DNA of 64,000 bases from Bilabrum cf. latius (Eukaryota). Positions 1 to 13,600 of the stretch are shown one piece after another (the stretch's first letter is position 1; the number at the start of each line of letters is the position of its first letter). The stretch is taken from assembly GCA_965178125.1 (NCBI GenBank), contig OZ237768.1:1-64000 (forward strand), in the 5' to 3' direction. The translations under genes and the position numbers were made by a program. The notes under the pieces are model-generated. The model ran no database searches and was not told the DNA's origin. It worked only from the letters and a program-made list of their open reading frames with translations.

Positions 1-1379
1 ACCCTAACCCTAACCCTAACCCTAACCCTAACCCTAACCCTAACCCTAACCCTAACCCTAACCCTAACCCTAACCACCCTAACCCTAACCCTAACCCTAA
101 CCCTAACCCTAACCCTAACCCTAACCCTAACCCTAACCCTAACCCTAACCCTAACCCTAACCCTAACCCTAACCCTAACCCTAACCCTAACCCTAACCCT
201 AACCCTAACCCTAACCCTAACCCTAACCCTAACCCTAACCCTAACCCTAACCCTAACCCTAACCCTAACCCTAACCCTAACCCTAACCCTAACCCTAACC
301 CTAACCCTAACCCTAACCCTAACCCTAACCCTAACCCTAACCCTAACCCTAACCCTAACCCTAACCCTAACCCTAACCCTAACCCTAACCCTAACCCTAA
401 CCCTAACCCTAACCCTAACCCTAACCCTAACCCTAACCCTAACCCTAACCCTAACCCTAACCCTAACCCTAACCCTAACCCTAACCCTAACCCTAACCCT
501 AACCCTAACCCTAACCCTAACCCTAACCCTAACCCTAACCCTAACCCTAACCCTAACCCTAACCCTAACCCTAACCCTAACCCTAACCCTAACCCTAACC
601 CTAACCCTAACCCTAACCCTAACCCTAACCCTAACCCTAACCCTAACCCTAACCCTAACCCTAACCCTAACCCTAACCCTAACCCTAACCCTAACCCTAA
701 CCCTAACCCTAACCCTAACCCTAACCCTAACCCTAACCCTAACCCTAACCCTAACCCTAACCCTAACCCTAACCCTAACCCTAACCCTAACCCTAACCCT
801 AACCCTAACCCTAACCCTAACCCTAACCCTAACCCTAACCCTAACCCTAACCCTAACCCTAACCCTAACCCTAACCCTAACCCTAACCCTAACCCTAACC
901 CTAACCCTAACCCTAACCCTAACCCTAACCCTAACCCTAACCCTAACCCTAACCCTAACCCTAACCCTAACCCTAACCCTAACCCTAACCCTAACCCTAA
1001 CCCTAACCCTAACCCTAACCCTAACCCTAACCCTAACCCTAACCCTAACCCTAACCCTAACCCTAACCCTAACCCTAACCCTAACCCTAACCCTAACCCT
1101 AACCCTAACCCTAACCCTAACCCTAACCCTAACCCTAACCCTAACCCTAACCCTAACCCTAACCCTAACCCTAACCCTAACCCTAACCCTAACCCTAACC
1201 CTAACCCTAACCCTAACCCTAACCCTAACCCTAACCCTAACCCTAACCCTAACCCTAACCCTAACCCTAACCCTAACCCTAACCCTAACCCTAACCCTAA
1301 CCCTAACCCTAACCCTAACCCTAACCCTAACCCTAACCCTAACCCTAACCCTAACCCTAACCCTAACCCTAACCCTAAC
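1..1379 (+). repeat. Telomeric repeat array (CCCTAA)n / (TTAGGG)n, about 230 copies; chromosome end
   Basis: Near-perfect CCCTAA tandem from base 1 to about 1379, C-rich strand at the 5' end as expected for a left chromosome end. One variant unit near 73-78 (taaccaccct). Confidence 0.99.
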
Positions 1380-1388
1380 TCTACCCCT

Positions 1389-1658
1389 GGCTGAGTTCTG
1401 CATGTGAGGAAGGTCGAGAGGCGACTAGTGGGTGCGGCGGATGGCTGAGTTCTGCAGGTGGGGAAGGTGGAGAGGCGACTAGTGGGTGCGGCGGATGGCT
1501 GAGTTCTGCAGGTGGGGAAGGTGGAGAGGCGACTAGTGGGTGCGGCGGATGGCTGAGTTCTGCAGGTGGGGAAGGTGGAGAGGCGACTAGTGGGTGCGGC
1601 GGATGGCTGAGGTCTGCATGTGAGGAAGGTCGAGAGGCGACTAGTGGGTGCGGCGGAT
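1389..1658. repeat. Subtelomeric 54-bp minisatellite, 5 copies
   Basis: Unit ggctgagttctgcaggtggggaaggtggagaggcgactagtgggtgcggcggat starts at 1389, 1443, 1497, 1551 and 1605. Units 1 and 5 share the variant catgtgagg...tcgag; units 2-4 are identical. Confidence 0.97.
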
Positions 1659-1802
1659 TGCGGGTGTGGCGGATGGCAGGCAAAATCTCAAATGAGCAAG
1701 AATTTAACTGTCGAAAATCGTATCGCAAGCGCGTAGCACCGTTCGATTGTGAGACACTATGTAGAAACAAGCACAATTGTCAAGCACAGGCCGAAGCTGC
1801 AC

Positions 1803-4389
1803 TCACTGCACCAAGCCCGCACGAAGCATGGTGCCTCCAAGCGGTAGAGCTCCAATGTCAATCTTGACGTCGAAGGATCCATCTCCTAGCCAAGTTATGC
1901 GCGACGGGTCCACTGGAACCCAGCTTGCATCGCGTCTTGCATGCGTTGCAACTGGGTTGGGAGTCCATTGCTCCACACGAACACCAACGGTGTGACTGGC
2001 ACCGAGCACTCGACCCGCACCACGGACTTCGACCAGGACGGTTCGACCATTCTGTTGCTCGCTTGCGCCGCTCGAGCCATAAGTCAGGATAGGCATGATC
2101 AAGCTTCGCTCCGCACTACCGCTTCTGCCAGCTGCGGGCACCGTAAAGCAGTTTCCAAGCACCTGCCCCGGGGCCACAAGGGGGCTATCCCCAAAGGCAA
2201 ATGCGGCGTCGGAGTCAACAAATGAGCAGATGCTATGCGCAACCGCAAGCTCTCTGCCTTGCAAGGCATCAAATCCAGGCGTCCACGGCGCGTACTGCTG
2301 CTGGTCATGCACAGAGAAATCGATTGCATGGTCATTATCGGGATACGGCGCCATGGGCCACACGCCCATATATAGGTGTCGGTGGAAGAACTGCAGCGTT
2401 TCAGTAGCATTACCGCAGCACCCAGAGGACCCGCCAGGATAAACCCACAGGATGGCCGGGGATGCTGCTCCCAAGAGTCCCACCGCGTTGATCGCGTGAA
2501 ACTCGCTGAAGGTTCCATCGAATGGCTTCATGAGATCCAGACGAGACACGCCTGTGTTCAGCAGCATCAGCCGCGGGCCTGCAGGCTGAGACTACCCACT
2601 GCATTGTGGGTCGTCGATTGCAGCTCTGATCCGGTCAGCAGTGTGCTGGAAAGAGACCCGCAAGGAGCGCACTGCCCGCCCCTGCACGGTGGACACGCCG
2701 TCGTCGGCATCTAGGTTATACTGATTAGTATGATCGCTACGGTCTACCACGATTCCATTGAATGGCAGAGTGGAGGCCATGCCACCACCTGAACCAGGCA
2801 CAGACAGGTTGCACGCATGCCGCAGCAGCTGGTCTTCCGAGGAAATCCTCGTACACAGGCACAGCGGAGTCCAGCACGATCCCTCCCTACCAGGTGCCCT
2901 GCAGTTCGCCGATGTGCAGCTTACCATCCCCAGATGCCCAGTTCCAGAGGGGGCCCCCCTGCAGCGAGGTCTCCAGGAAGCGGGATGCATTGCGCCAATC
3001 GTCCGGGGCGGGCTTAGGGGGATTGGGCGAGGGCGAATACTTCACGTTGAGGCCGAACTCATTGAAGTTGAAATAGGACAGTTGCGTGATAGGCCCACCC
3101 TTTGAGTTTTCGCCCATGGCAGCATAGTACTCTGCGATTTGCCGCCTGCTAACGTTGGCAGGTGCTTGCGTGCCCTCAGGGTCGTTGTGCCACTGCTCCT
3201 CGTCGCTCTCTACGGGGGGCAGAAACATGCCCATGTACGGGAAGAACCTCCCGCTAAGGTCCCACCCCACCCTGACCCCCTGATCCTAACCCACTGTGGC
3301 ATTAGGCACCGCAAAGTAAGACGAGTACGTCCCCAGCCCGGACGCTCGCTGTGCCGCCTCTTGGCCACCGTGAGGCCTCCAGTACGCGGCATTCGAGGAA
3401 CCTGGTGATACTTCCCAACGAAGAGCGTCCCGTGGATCTGACCTGTGCGGGACGATGTCCCAAGAGAACGAGTAGCTTGCAGCTGGCCATGCAGAGGAGC
3501 CACCCGGCGGGCATGACAGGCGGGCGGTGCGCTGCCTCAGCACGAAAGATGACGGGGCTAAGCCGGGCGGCGAATCGTCCTGTGGTTTGCGCCCTGGTGT
3601 TGCGCTGGTCAAGAAGTACACATCGAGCGGCTCGTTCGTCGGGTCCAAGTGAATTCCGAGGGCTGCATCGGTCGGGCCTGCCGACGAAGGAGGCAGGGAC
3701 AGCACAGCAATCGGGGCGACTATTCTGTCATGGATGCCATCTTCTGGGACTTCTACACCTAATCGATACTTGCCGGCCCACCAGCCGTCGTGTCCATCCG
3801 AAGGCAGCAGCGGGTCTACGTAGAAGCTGCCTTTCGCTCCATTGGATTCCCTATCCCACGGAGCCCATAGTCTCGGCATGCTTGCATAGTCGTTAGCTAA
3901 TACTGATAGTCCAACATCGATCGGTACGGTAAAGTATGCGCTGCCAGTCTCTGGAGAGCACTCCAAAGCAGAGACTGCCGATATGACTGTAAATGATTGG
4001 CGGGTGGCGTTCCACTCAATATTGTCTTGGACACTAATGCGAGCCGACCCATAGCTCAAAGAGACGTTGAATTCCTTCTGGACCTTGATAGACTTTGACG
4101 TAGGAGATGCCACGCAAGAAACCGGGTGGACGTCTGAAGCGTTGTCACCGAGCCCGAGCGAGGCACCAAGCCCAAACGACTAGCTGCCTGGATAATCAAA
4201 TGGCTGTCCAATCGTAAAGTTTGCGACTCCAGGTCTGTCCGTCTAAAACTCTGGCGCAAGTAAAACTCCTGCGGTGGTAGCTCCACAGCCTGAGGTACCG
4301 GAGAGCTGCAGGCTTCCGTCGGGACTGGACAGCTCCCAAGCAACAACTGACTCTATTAATACTGCCATCAGTGTTGCCAAGCCAAGCAT
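1803..4389 (-). CDS. Secreted protein, about 860 aa, possibly glycoside-hydrolase-like; 5 in-frame TAG plus one apparent 1-nt frameshift near 2837
   Basis: ATG at 4389 gives the signal-peptide-like MLGLATLMAVLIESVVAW. Track ORFs 3286-4113 and 2887-3270 are joined by TAG (4243, 4180, 3286, 2887), and 2592-2990 joins 1803-2567 through TAG at 2592. The frame changes at ttc ctc g gaa gac cag (YEDFL-EDQLLRH). Motifs YFNFNEFG, FNGIVVDRSDH and GVWPMAPYPDNDHAI look like a globular enzyme. Ends TGA. Function is inferred. Confidence 0.7.
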
Positions 4390-4686
4390 CGCACGTGCCC
4401 GCTGTTTATGTGCATGATACGCCGGACCTGCAGATTGTCTGAATTTGCATCATCATGAAAAAATACGTTACTGGTCCTCGTGCTGACTTTCTCGCTGGGT
4501 TTCTCGTTGAATCAACAAAATATCAGACCCCCCCATGAGTTTCTCGCCCACTTGAGTCAGGTTGGGGCTACTGGTACCCTAAGATGTGCTGAAGTAGCCC
4601 GGAATGATGCCAATGGATTCGAAAGGTTTAGCGGCGCAGAGGTAATGCACACTGCCAAGAAACGTTCTATCTTTGTAAATATTCAT

Positions 4687-7600
4687 TCAGTTGAGGGCTT
4701 CTCCGCCCGCTTCAACTCCTAGCCCACGAACCATGGAGCGCGAGGGCCTGACGTGCCGTTCCGAGGCACCATGCTGTTGGTCGGGATAGCTGAGTCCGCT
4801 GAATATGCCGGACCCCTGCTGGTCCCTTGCTGCTCTCTGCGACCGCTTCCTTCCACTCTGAGGTTGCGTTGGTAGGGTGCTCAGTCCGGGCGCAGGCGCG
4901 GCACCCCCCCACTGTTCAGATGGACGCGCTGCTGTCCTCCTACCGGCGGGGGTGACGCCTGTGCCCACGCGAGTCGGTGGGACGGACGAGCTCCTCCCTC
5001 CTCTTGCAGGAGTGGCCCTGCGCTGTACAGCGCGCCTGGCATCTGGCGGCAGTGGAGGAGCCACCTGCTGCTTCAAGATGCGGTACAGCGCCTGTGTGGA
5101 CTCGCGCTCTTGTACTCTCTCTTGCGGCTTTGGCTGGGTCTGACCCGCTGGAGCAGAGGCTTGTTTCTAGCTGCTGTTCTATGCCTGAGACTTGCCGACG
5201 TCGGATTCGTCGGCGAACCGGAGTCTCCTCTTCGGGGACATGCTCGAGGACACTGTCGTGGGCACGTCAGCTTGCCTGCTGGCTTGTGCCTGCGCGGGAC
5301 TGGCTGCAACTTGCTGCCTGCTGGCCTCTACTAGCGGCGAGGATGCCCCTGAGCCGGTGAGGCCGATGGTTCTCTGCCCAGCGGCAGGGAGCTCAGATGG
5401 ATTCGATGCCCTCTAATCAGCCGCAGGCACTGGACCACTGGCCGCCTGCCCGGGTCCCAGCCCGTCGTCCCCTCTCGTCCTCGGGTCTATCACTCGCCGG
5501 CGGTGCTCCGTACCGCTTGCCTCTGGCTGCTGCAGGAGTGCCCCCGCCCCCACGCCGGCCCGCATGCGCTGCGAGTCTTCACCTTTGCCGCGCTGCGTGG
5601 GCCGCGTCGGCACTCGCCCACCTGCGTGCGGTAGCCCCCCACGCTCCGAGCTCGCCTCGCGGGACAGCTCGGTTGGCCTCGGTGGGGCTGGCATGGGAAT
5701 CACCGAAGCGGGCGCACTCGATCGAGCAGCCATGCCCTGGGGTCGGTCCGGGTCATCAATGCCGCTGATTTCGTCCGCTGCACCTGCAGATCCGCTGCTG
5801 CCTCCCAGCACAGAGGCGGACTTGGCTGCGAAAGCGGCGGCTTCAGCGCCGGCCACTCTATCCCTGGCTTCTGGCAGCCTTAACGGGTCATTATTGCCGC
5901 CCTCCATGACGCCAAATCTGCCAAGCCCTTCAAAACCTAGCGCCTGGCTGTCTTGTCCTAGTCGCTCCCGCGTAGCGGCAGCTACCTCGGGGGGCAGCAC
6001 CCCCCTGGACTGGCCGAGTGACACGAAATCACGCCACGACAGCAGTACCTCGCCATCCTTGCCCCGGGCGCTTGCACCCTGCGCGGCAGCTTTCCGCTTC
6101 ATGGGTGCCAGAAAGGCGTCCGCCTGTGCTTGGCTGCACGGGATGCCCGCCTCGAGGAGTGCCCTACGGAATCCTGACAGCCGCACCCTGCCTTGGGAGT
6201 CTCGCTTGAGCCGGAGCCAGGCCCCCCGCAGCCCCCCTCTACGAGTTTCCATCCTCTCCTTGAGCACAAGGGAGTGCCTTGCTTCTTCCAAGGAGTCTGC
6301 CAAGGCCACGCGCTCTACTACAGGCTACAAGGCAGCCTGCGTGCCGCGGCTGTCGGTGATCGGTCTCGCGGGCACTTCTGCAGCTGCAAGAGCAGAGGCC
6401 GAGGAAGGAGTGCTGGCAGCACCGGCTCTGGGAGAGGCTCCCTGCTGCACGGCCTCGGCTGTCAACGCGGCACTGTCCATCACTGCTTGATTAGCGTTGG
6501 ACCCTTGCGGCAGCGGATCGTCGCCCTTGATGGCGTTTGCAAACTCGTTGTACGAGATAGACCCGCTCATATCGTTGTCGAGACGCAGCAAGAACAGCGC
6601 GAATTCGGGCTGCGACAGGGCAATTCCATGCCTCGCGAGACCCACGCGCAGCTCCCGGGCAGACACGCGGCCATCCTTGTCGGGATTCATCCGGAGGAAC
6701 AGCTTTCGCATGCCTCCTTTCCGCTCCAGGTTGGTTGCAACCTTACGCAGCAGCGCGTTGCTCTTCTTGCCCAGCGCGAGCGACTAGGATGGGCCCGTCC
6801 TCCCTCGCGTCTGGCCCCCGTCGGCCTGCTGCCCCATGGCCAAGAATGGGGCAGGCGAGCCCCATGTGTCGCGAGGAGGCACGGCATCCTTCGATCCGGC
6901 TGTTCCATCCTACCGTGCGTCCTCGGGCTTCCGCACAGGAAGGTAGGGGGCAGCTTGGCCAAAGTCTCGTTTCCGCTGGGCCTGCGCAGTCATCGCGCCA
7001 GATTTGTCTCGCTGCCTTTCGCGGGCGCCCACAAATACCCCGTCTTCGTCAATGTGCCCCGCCCCATCAGCATCCTCCTCTACCCCCATCCGCTTGACTA
7101 CCTCCACGACAGCAGCAGCCTCTGCTGAAGAGAGCGCATCCGGATCTAGCGCGCTGCCCGGGGCTCGCTGTGTCATGCCTGCAGATGCCTTCTCGGCCTG
7201 CAGCTCTTCCGACCCTACCGCCCCTCGCGTGTACGAGCTCATCACCATCGCATTCGGGCGTCTCTTCCCGCGACCGAGCGCGCCGTGGTCGCCAGCTGGG
7301 AGCACGTGCACGGTGGCGAAAGGATCAACCCCGGGTGGAAACAAAGTCTTCACAAACGTCTTGCAGTCTACGAGTCCGGAATCGGTTTTGTCGAGTGCTC
7401 TCAGAAGTGGCTCCCTGTCTTCTTGCGGCACCAGGACACCCATGTTGTCGAGACCCTCGAGCACCTCGTCCTTCGTGAGCAGCCCGTCACGCTGGGCATC
7501 CAGCCTCAGGAAGGCGCGGCTGGGAATCGGTTCAATCTCCTCCAGGCGGCCAGCCACTCGCTGGCACGCACGTCGCACGATGGGATCCGGGTGCTGCAGC

Positions 7601-10068
7601 CCGCTTCCAGCTGCCGCTCTGGCTGCCCTGGCAGACGCAGATTGGGCAAGCACGGCTTCCACAGCGGACTGAGCCAGAGTGGATGCACCCCCGATAGACG
7701 CAGACCCACTCGGTACAGAGCCAGGTGCACCCTAGGTGCTGTCTGCACTGTTGGCGCTACTTTGCACGCGACCCTGCGTCCCTCCTTCCCCATGCGATCG
7801 CTGCCGCACCCCGTGCTCCGTCTCAAGCCGGAGCGAGGTGGCCCGCAGCTCCACCGGGTCCAACATGGCTGCGAATGTAGGGAAATCAACTCGAGTCTAC
7901 AGATCCACATTCGATGGCCCACGTGATCGCTCCGGCTTAGCCTGCACCCCCGCCAGCACCGCCAGCGCCGTCAGCTCGCTCTCGTCCACGCGGACTCCCA
8001 TCCCACGAAGGCCTTTCGCTGCCTCTCCCAGAGTTGTCGTCCCCTGGGCGCTTCGGGGCAAACGAAGGAATGCCTTTCGCAACGCTGCCCCCGTGTCCTG
8101 ACTGGCCCCTTGCCCTGCGACCACCACGCCTGCATTCTAGTCAGGCCGCATGACGAAGCGCCCGCTCCCTCCCGAGGACACGTCGCCATGAGGAACAGCT
8201 CCTCCCACCTGCTCAATGCGGTGGGCGATGCGCCGGGCCACCCGCAGCCTGGCTTCTTGCGCCGCTTTGGGAATGCCAGCGGGCGTCTGTGGCCCGCCTC
8301 GGGCAGCAGGAGCAGTCATGGCAAAGGCTGGCGCATGGGCCAACGCAATCTCGTGCGTGGACATCCCTGCAGCCGGAAGCTCGTCGGATCCAGCAGCCTT
8401 CTTATCGAGTATGTGTATTCCTTGCGCTCCTTGCAGCTCTCCATCGGCGGACTTGCTCTCTTCTTCTCCGCTGCTCGGCTGTTCTCCCTGCTAGTGCGTG
8501 CCCTGCTCGGTGCGCTGCCGGTCCACCCACTCGTGGGTACGGCTCAGCATCGGTGTAGCACCACCCTTGCCCTCAATGAGGCCCTCCTTCGACAGACGGG
8601 TCCCGCTCCTTCCAGCTGCGGCAGCGTCCCTGGCCCTGTCCACTGCCCGGGCGAACTCGACATAACGCAGCCTCGCCTAGTTTGCGTCATGCTCTTGGGC
8701 TGGATCCCGCCCTGCCCACCGCAGTACGTCTGCTGCAGACACGTCTCGTGCCCCCGCTCGACGCAGCGCAGCGGCAACGTCGCCAGCAGAAGCGTCACCA
8801 GCAGATCGTTCAGCAGACTCACCCGATGCCCCGGTCATTCGTCGAGCCGCGTCGATCACCACCCCTGCATCTCTTGCCCCGCCCTTGCCCTCATCGTCCT
8901 CCATCGTGCCCAGCATTGTACGGCGATCGCCCTCACTCAGGTACTCACCGCGGCGGGCGGCAGACGCAAGTCTCCTGAGGTGGTGTGCCCGGGCTGGCGT
9001 GATACTACCCCTATCAGGTTCGGAATCCATCGCCGCAAGCGACGCCTGCTCTGCCTCCTGGCCCCTGACCCCCTTCAGCCAGAACTGCATCAAGTGCGGG
9101 CCTCCCCCTGGACCAGAGGGGCAGTGCTGCTCCAGGCCGCGCACAGTCTGCTCCGCCACCACGGTTTCTCGCTCCTCTGCTGCCTCACAGTCCAGCGCCG
9201 CCCCACCACTGGCAGGCTCGTCCATCCCGGCGAGGGCGCGCATACCAGCTGGGAGTCTGACGGGTGTCTTGGCACCTGCCTTTCCAGGGGCTCTGCCACC
9301 CGCCATCTTGGTGATCGCAGCGCGCCCCACGGGCTCAGTTGTGGTGCGCTCCCGCAGCTCGCCCTCAGTGGACTGCAGGGCTGCTCTGGCCCGAGAGCTA
9401 TCGTGGGCTTCTTGCGGAACATCATTATGTGCAATGGCTCTGCTCTCAGCGGTGTGCGCGTCTGCCCGTCTGGTCGTTTGGGGGACTGCGAAAGGGATAT
9501 CAGAAGCGGCGATGAGCGGGTGATCATGATCAAGGCAATTTGGAATCCAGCGGCATCCACACAGCATCTTACCTCGACGCTTCCCTGGCAACTTGGAATC
9601 AACAATTCCGGACAGCTAGCCGGCACCAGGCTGTATATGGCTCTGAAGTGCGCTGTGCCCAGCAACGCGCATCAAGCCTCGCATTTCCGACTCTGACGCG
9701 TGAACTCCTAGCTTGTCCAAAGCACCAGCGAGGGCATTCAGACCAGCTAAGTTTCTCTCTTGCACATGATTCTGCCCAAACAGCGGTCCCCGTGGTCGTT
9801 GTAACCGAGCAGGCTTCTAGACTCGGGCCTTGCGTCCCTTCCTGCCAAGCTCAACGCCTCGTGCGCTGGCTGCAGCCTCATCAAACCTGGCTGTAGTTGG
9901 GAGAGAATATCCATCCGTACCGCCACGCATGCGTGAGCTGTCAAGCTTTGCAATGCTGCCGGGATCCGGGGCACGACCAACAGGTGGAACCAGCACCTGC
10001 TTTGCTGCTAGTTTTGGTTCGCCAAGAAGGGCTGCACCCCCCTTTAAAGAGGATTGCAGCGCAGCCAT
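4687..10068 (-). CDS. Large multi-EF-hand calcium-binding protein, about 1760 aa, 13 in-frame TAG
   Basis: One frame from ATG 10068 to TGA 4687 when TAG is read through (9817, 9616, 8677, 8491, 8137, 7897, 7732, 6910, 6784, 6325, 5413 and two near 5167-5181). EF-hand loops: NPDKDGRVSARE, DNDMSGSISYNE, DAQRDGLLTKDE, DKTDSGLVDCKT. Probable 87-nt in-frame intron at 9486-9572 (GTAAG...TTCGCAG). Confidence 0.85.
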
Positions 10069-10667
10069 AGCCTAAAAATTACTACAATATCCAATAGAGT
10101 TGGTACGAATGCCTGAAAGTCTATTTTTACCGAGGTAGGTTTGGTGTGGTGCAGTTTCGGTTCACCTGGCTGTGGTTGCGACCGCGGCCCGCCGGCGCGC
10201 ACCGATCGTCGAATTTGCGACCACACGGCATGAAGCTTTGCGTTGACCATTCACAGTCAACAAGGGGATAACGTTGCACCAACAGGCTGCATTTTCGTAT
10301 CGAGTCTATTACAAGACCTTTTGTTCGAGTTATAGGTGAGTGAGTGTTGCGACTCCGTGCAAAATAGGCCTACAAAAATGACAAGCGGTTAATACTGTGC
10401 ATTTGTGTATCATGGCTTCCGCTTATGCATGATGCTGTATCAGCTCCCCGGTTACATTTGCATGTCGCTTACGTCCCACCATGACTTGGTTTGGATTGGT
10501 AGAGTTGGCACGGACACGCTAGTGCGAGCTGCACTAGTCGCCCAACGGATCGTATGCCTATTTTCCTGAAGGGTGGACTGCTGCGAATGCGTCGTTACCA
10601 TAACTTGCATCAAAATTATATGATTCAACATTTTCTTGCAGCTACTGCCCCTTGACTAGTTATATCA

Positions 10668-13600
10668 ATGGCAGACCATCACAACGCAACGCACTCTGCG
10701 GCCTTCAAGGAGATTGGCGGGCATTCCGACGGTGCTAGCCCGCTTGGACTTGACGAGCCTAAAGATGTCAGAAGTCACGCTATAAGCAGCTCACCGCAGC
10801 CAAGGGGAGCAGCGGCTGTGGCCACTAGTCCGATTCAGAGGACTGATGACCTGCCTCGCCGGACCGCATGGGGCACCGGTACTGGAGCCCCCGAGGGCCG
10901 GGAATCAGGAGATGAACGCCGTGACCCGCAGCCACGGCAGCAAGTTCCCCCTGTTCATGGGATAGAAAGCTCCCATTCAAAGCCCCCGAGCCCAAGGCGA
11001 GCGCACACAGCTCGCGCGGCTCCACGAGCACGACGGCCGCGCCCTGACCAGCAGGCGTCGACCAGCGGGGCCATGTCTGCGCGCCGCCCGGTGGATGTTC
11101 GGGCGCAAGGTGGACGTATGGCACGCACGGCTGCAGCGGGGCGCAAGCGGAAAGGAAGCAAGCGCGGGGAGGACTCCCCTCCTGCGGATCCCGCGCTGGC
11201 CCGTCTGCAGGCCAACGCGAAGGCCAGGGCCAGGACCGCTCGCACCGCACTTCTGGCCTCCCAAGCAGCACTGTCAGGCGTAGCTGTGGCGGGAGCACCG
11301 GGCGGCGGTCGACTAGGCCCGGGACAGACAGGGGGCGCGGATGGTTTCGGGCGCACTGGAGGCCGAGCTGGGTATGGGCCAGGTGCGGGTCGGTACGGGA
11401 ACGCAGCCTCCGCATCTGGGGCACCCCGCGGGGCAGGGGGACTCGGCGGGGGGCTGGCCCTGGGTGCAGACGGCCAGCCCGCTGATGCTCTTGCAGGTGC
11501 CGCGCTGTCCGGCGTGGAGAGTGAGGCAAAGATGCTGCGGTCTCTGGCGCAGTGGCAGGAGAACAGCTACAACGAGGTGTCCAAGCAGCTGCAGAGGCTG
11601 CGACGGGAGTACGACCAGCTGCGGACAGACAACAAGACCAGGCAACAGGAGGTGGGCAAGGTTACTGGAGAGCTGGACCGGCTGGAGCGGGTCATGATCG
11701 CCGACCGCGAGAGGGCCGGCAAGGTGCACGACCTCGCCAAGCGGAAGGCTGACATAGAATAGCGGGTGAGATCAAGGCCTACGACTGTAGCACACGGCTT
11801 GAAGCGCTTGATTATGGTAGGCAGATCCCACGCACGATCCCAATTCTATCGTACTATTTTCTTACACATACCTCCTAACACCGCAGAGAGACAACGCAGA
11901 GTACTCGTTGCGGCAGGCAGAGCAGCGGGCTCACATGCTCGCTCACATGGCGGAGCGTCTGAAGAACAGCAACACAGACCTGGATCAGCGCGTGAAAATC
12001 CTCCAGAAGGCAAGTAGAGTCGCAAAGTAGAAAGCAGATGTTGCTGCCAACGGAGTCGGTGCTCGCCGCGCCGAGGCAAGTGCAGCGCGTGCGTTGGCGC
12101 AGCACCTGGAGCACCAGATCACTTCGCAGCGAGGCCCGCGCGAAGCCAAGCTGGCAAAGGTGCAGCAGGCCATGATCGAGCAGGAGCAGCGCCGCGCCGC
12201 CTTTGATGAGAAGGAGCGCCGGCGTCTGCACATCCCTGAGCTGCCGCGCGGAGACCTTGACGAGGCGGGCGAAGAGCGCCTCAAGCAGCTCTTTCTTGTC
12301 AGGCGAATCTACGGATCCATGCTCGCTCGGCGTCTGCGGGAGGACACGCGCCGCTGCGATCGACTCGAGGCTGCCTTCCAGCGCATCCGGGCGGCCACGG
12401 GCCTGGCGGACACAGAGGCCATCGTGGAGCGCTTCGCGCACAGGGAGGAGACGCTGGCCTCTCTGCGGCAGCAGCTACATGCAGCCCGCGAACGCTTGGC
12501 ATCATTGCGCGATGAACGCCGCCGGCTGGTCTGGAGGCTGGATGATGCCCAGACGTCCACGGGCAAGGAGCGCGAGAGGCGCGCGCTGTACGCTCGGCTA
12601 GAGGAGCTCGAGTCCAAGCGGGCACTGGCCAAGCGGCGAGTGGGCGAGTCCAGGTCCAGGCTGTATCGCGTGTCCGTGGTGCTGGAGGCGTGTCGAGCCT
12701 CGGTTGCGCGCCTGTTGCGGAGACTGGGCGTGCCGGTCGAGGAGCGCTAGGGAGGCATCGGCCTGGACAGCGACGGGACAGAGACCTTGGAGGGCGGGCA
12801 TGGGGGGGCCAGCAGCGGGTCGCTTGGAGGAGGCGACGATGACCACGAGAGGAAGGAGAGCGATGGCAGTCGGCCGCGGACCTCCTCATCAGCCCGTGCC
12901 TCTGCCGTCCTGGACGCTGAGAGCAAGCAGGAGGCAGGGGCGGCCGGCTCAGGGGATCCACCGGGGACTATCGCTCTGTCCAAGTCCTTGGAGCGTCTGG
13001 TGGGCACTGAGAGCTCTGTGGTGGCCTCTGGCATGGGCGACGAAGGCAAAGAAGACAAAGGCACGGAAGCTGCATCCTAGCACACCGCTGCAGCTGGTAC
13101 CGGTGTCCAAGCGGCTCGTCTGCTAGCCATGCGAGCGAGCGCAACTGCCCAGCAGTTCCGCGATGACACCGCCAATGCGGGGGGCCATTACGGAGACAGA
13201 TCGGACCGGGAGCAGGATGAAGATTCGCGCCGCGGTGAGCAAAGCGGGAGCTCGGGCATTGTAGTAGTGTCTTCGGCCACTCTGGACTCGGCGCTGGGGC
13301 AGCTCGAGGCTGCCGTGTCACGCGCCCTGGCTCATCTGACGGCTGTATTCGAGCGAGAGGAGGCGATTGCAGCTCGCGCTGGACACGGTGATACCTCAGG
13401 TGGCGGTGTGTCGAGCTTGCTGGGCCGCACCGATGGCAGCGGCGCCGGTGGTCCGAATGCGGCGCGATCTCTGTCGGCAGCTCTCCTCGGTCGCATGGGC
13501 ATCCTGCGGCAGGGTGGTGGCGCCCGTGGGGTTGGTGCAGGGGGCGCAGAGGACGAGGGCGAGGACCAGACTGGAGGAGGATCAGGCAGCGGGGCTCTCG

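Noticed and set aside
73-78. Variant unit in the distal telomere
   Set aside because: A single irregularity near the contig end is most likely a read error or telomerase slip and is not informative.
1381-1776. 131-aa ORF with 18-aa repeats
   Set aside because: It is simply the translation of the 54-bp subtelomeric repeat, with no ATG start and no other coding evidence.
8110-9696. 528-aa plus-strand ORF and similar long antisense ORFs (e.g. 5564-6490, 57103-58242)
   Set aside because: They lie opposite well-supported genes in GC-rich DNA and have no recognisable domain.
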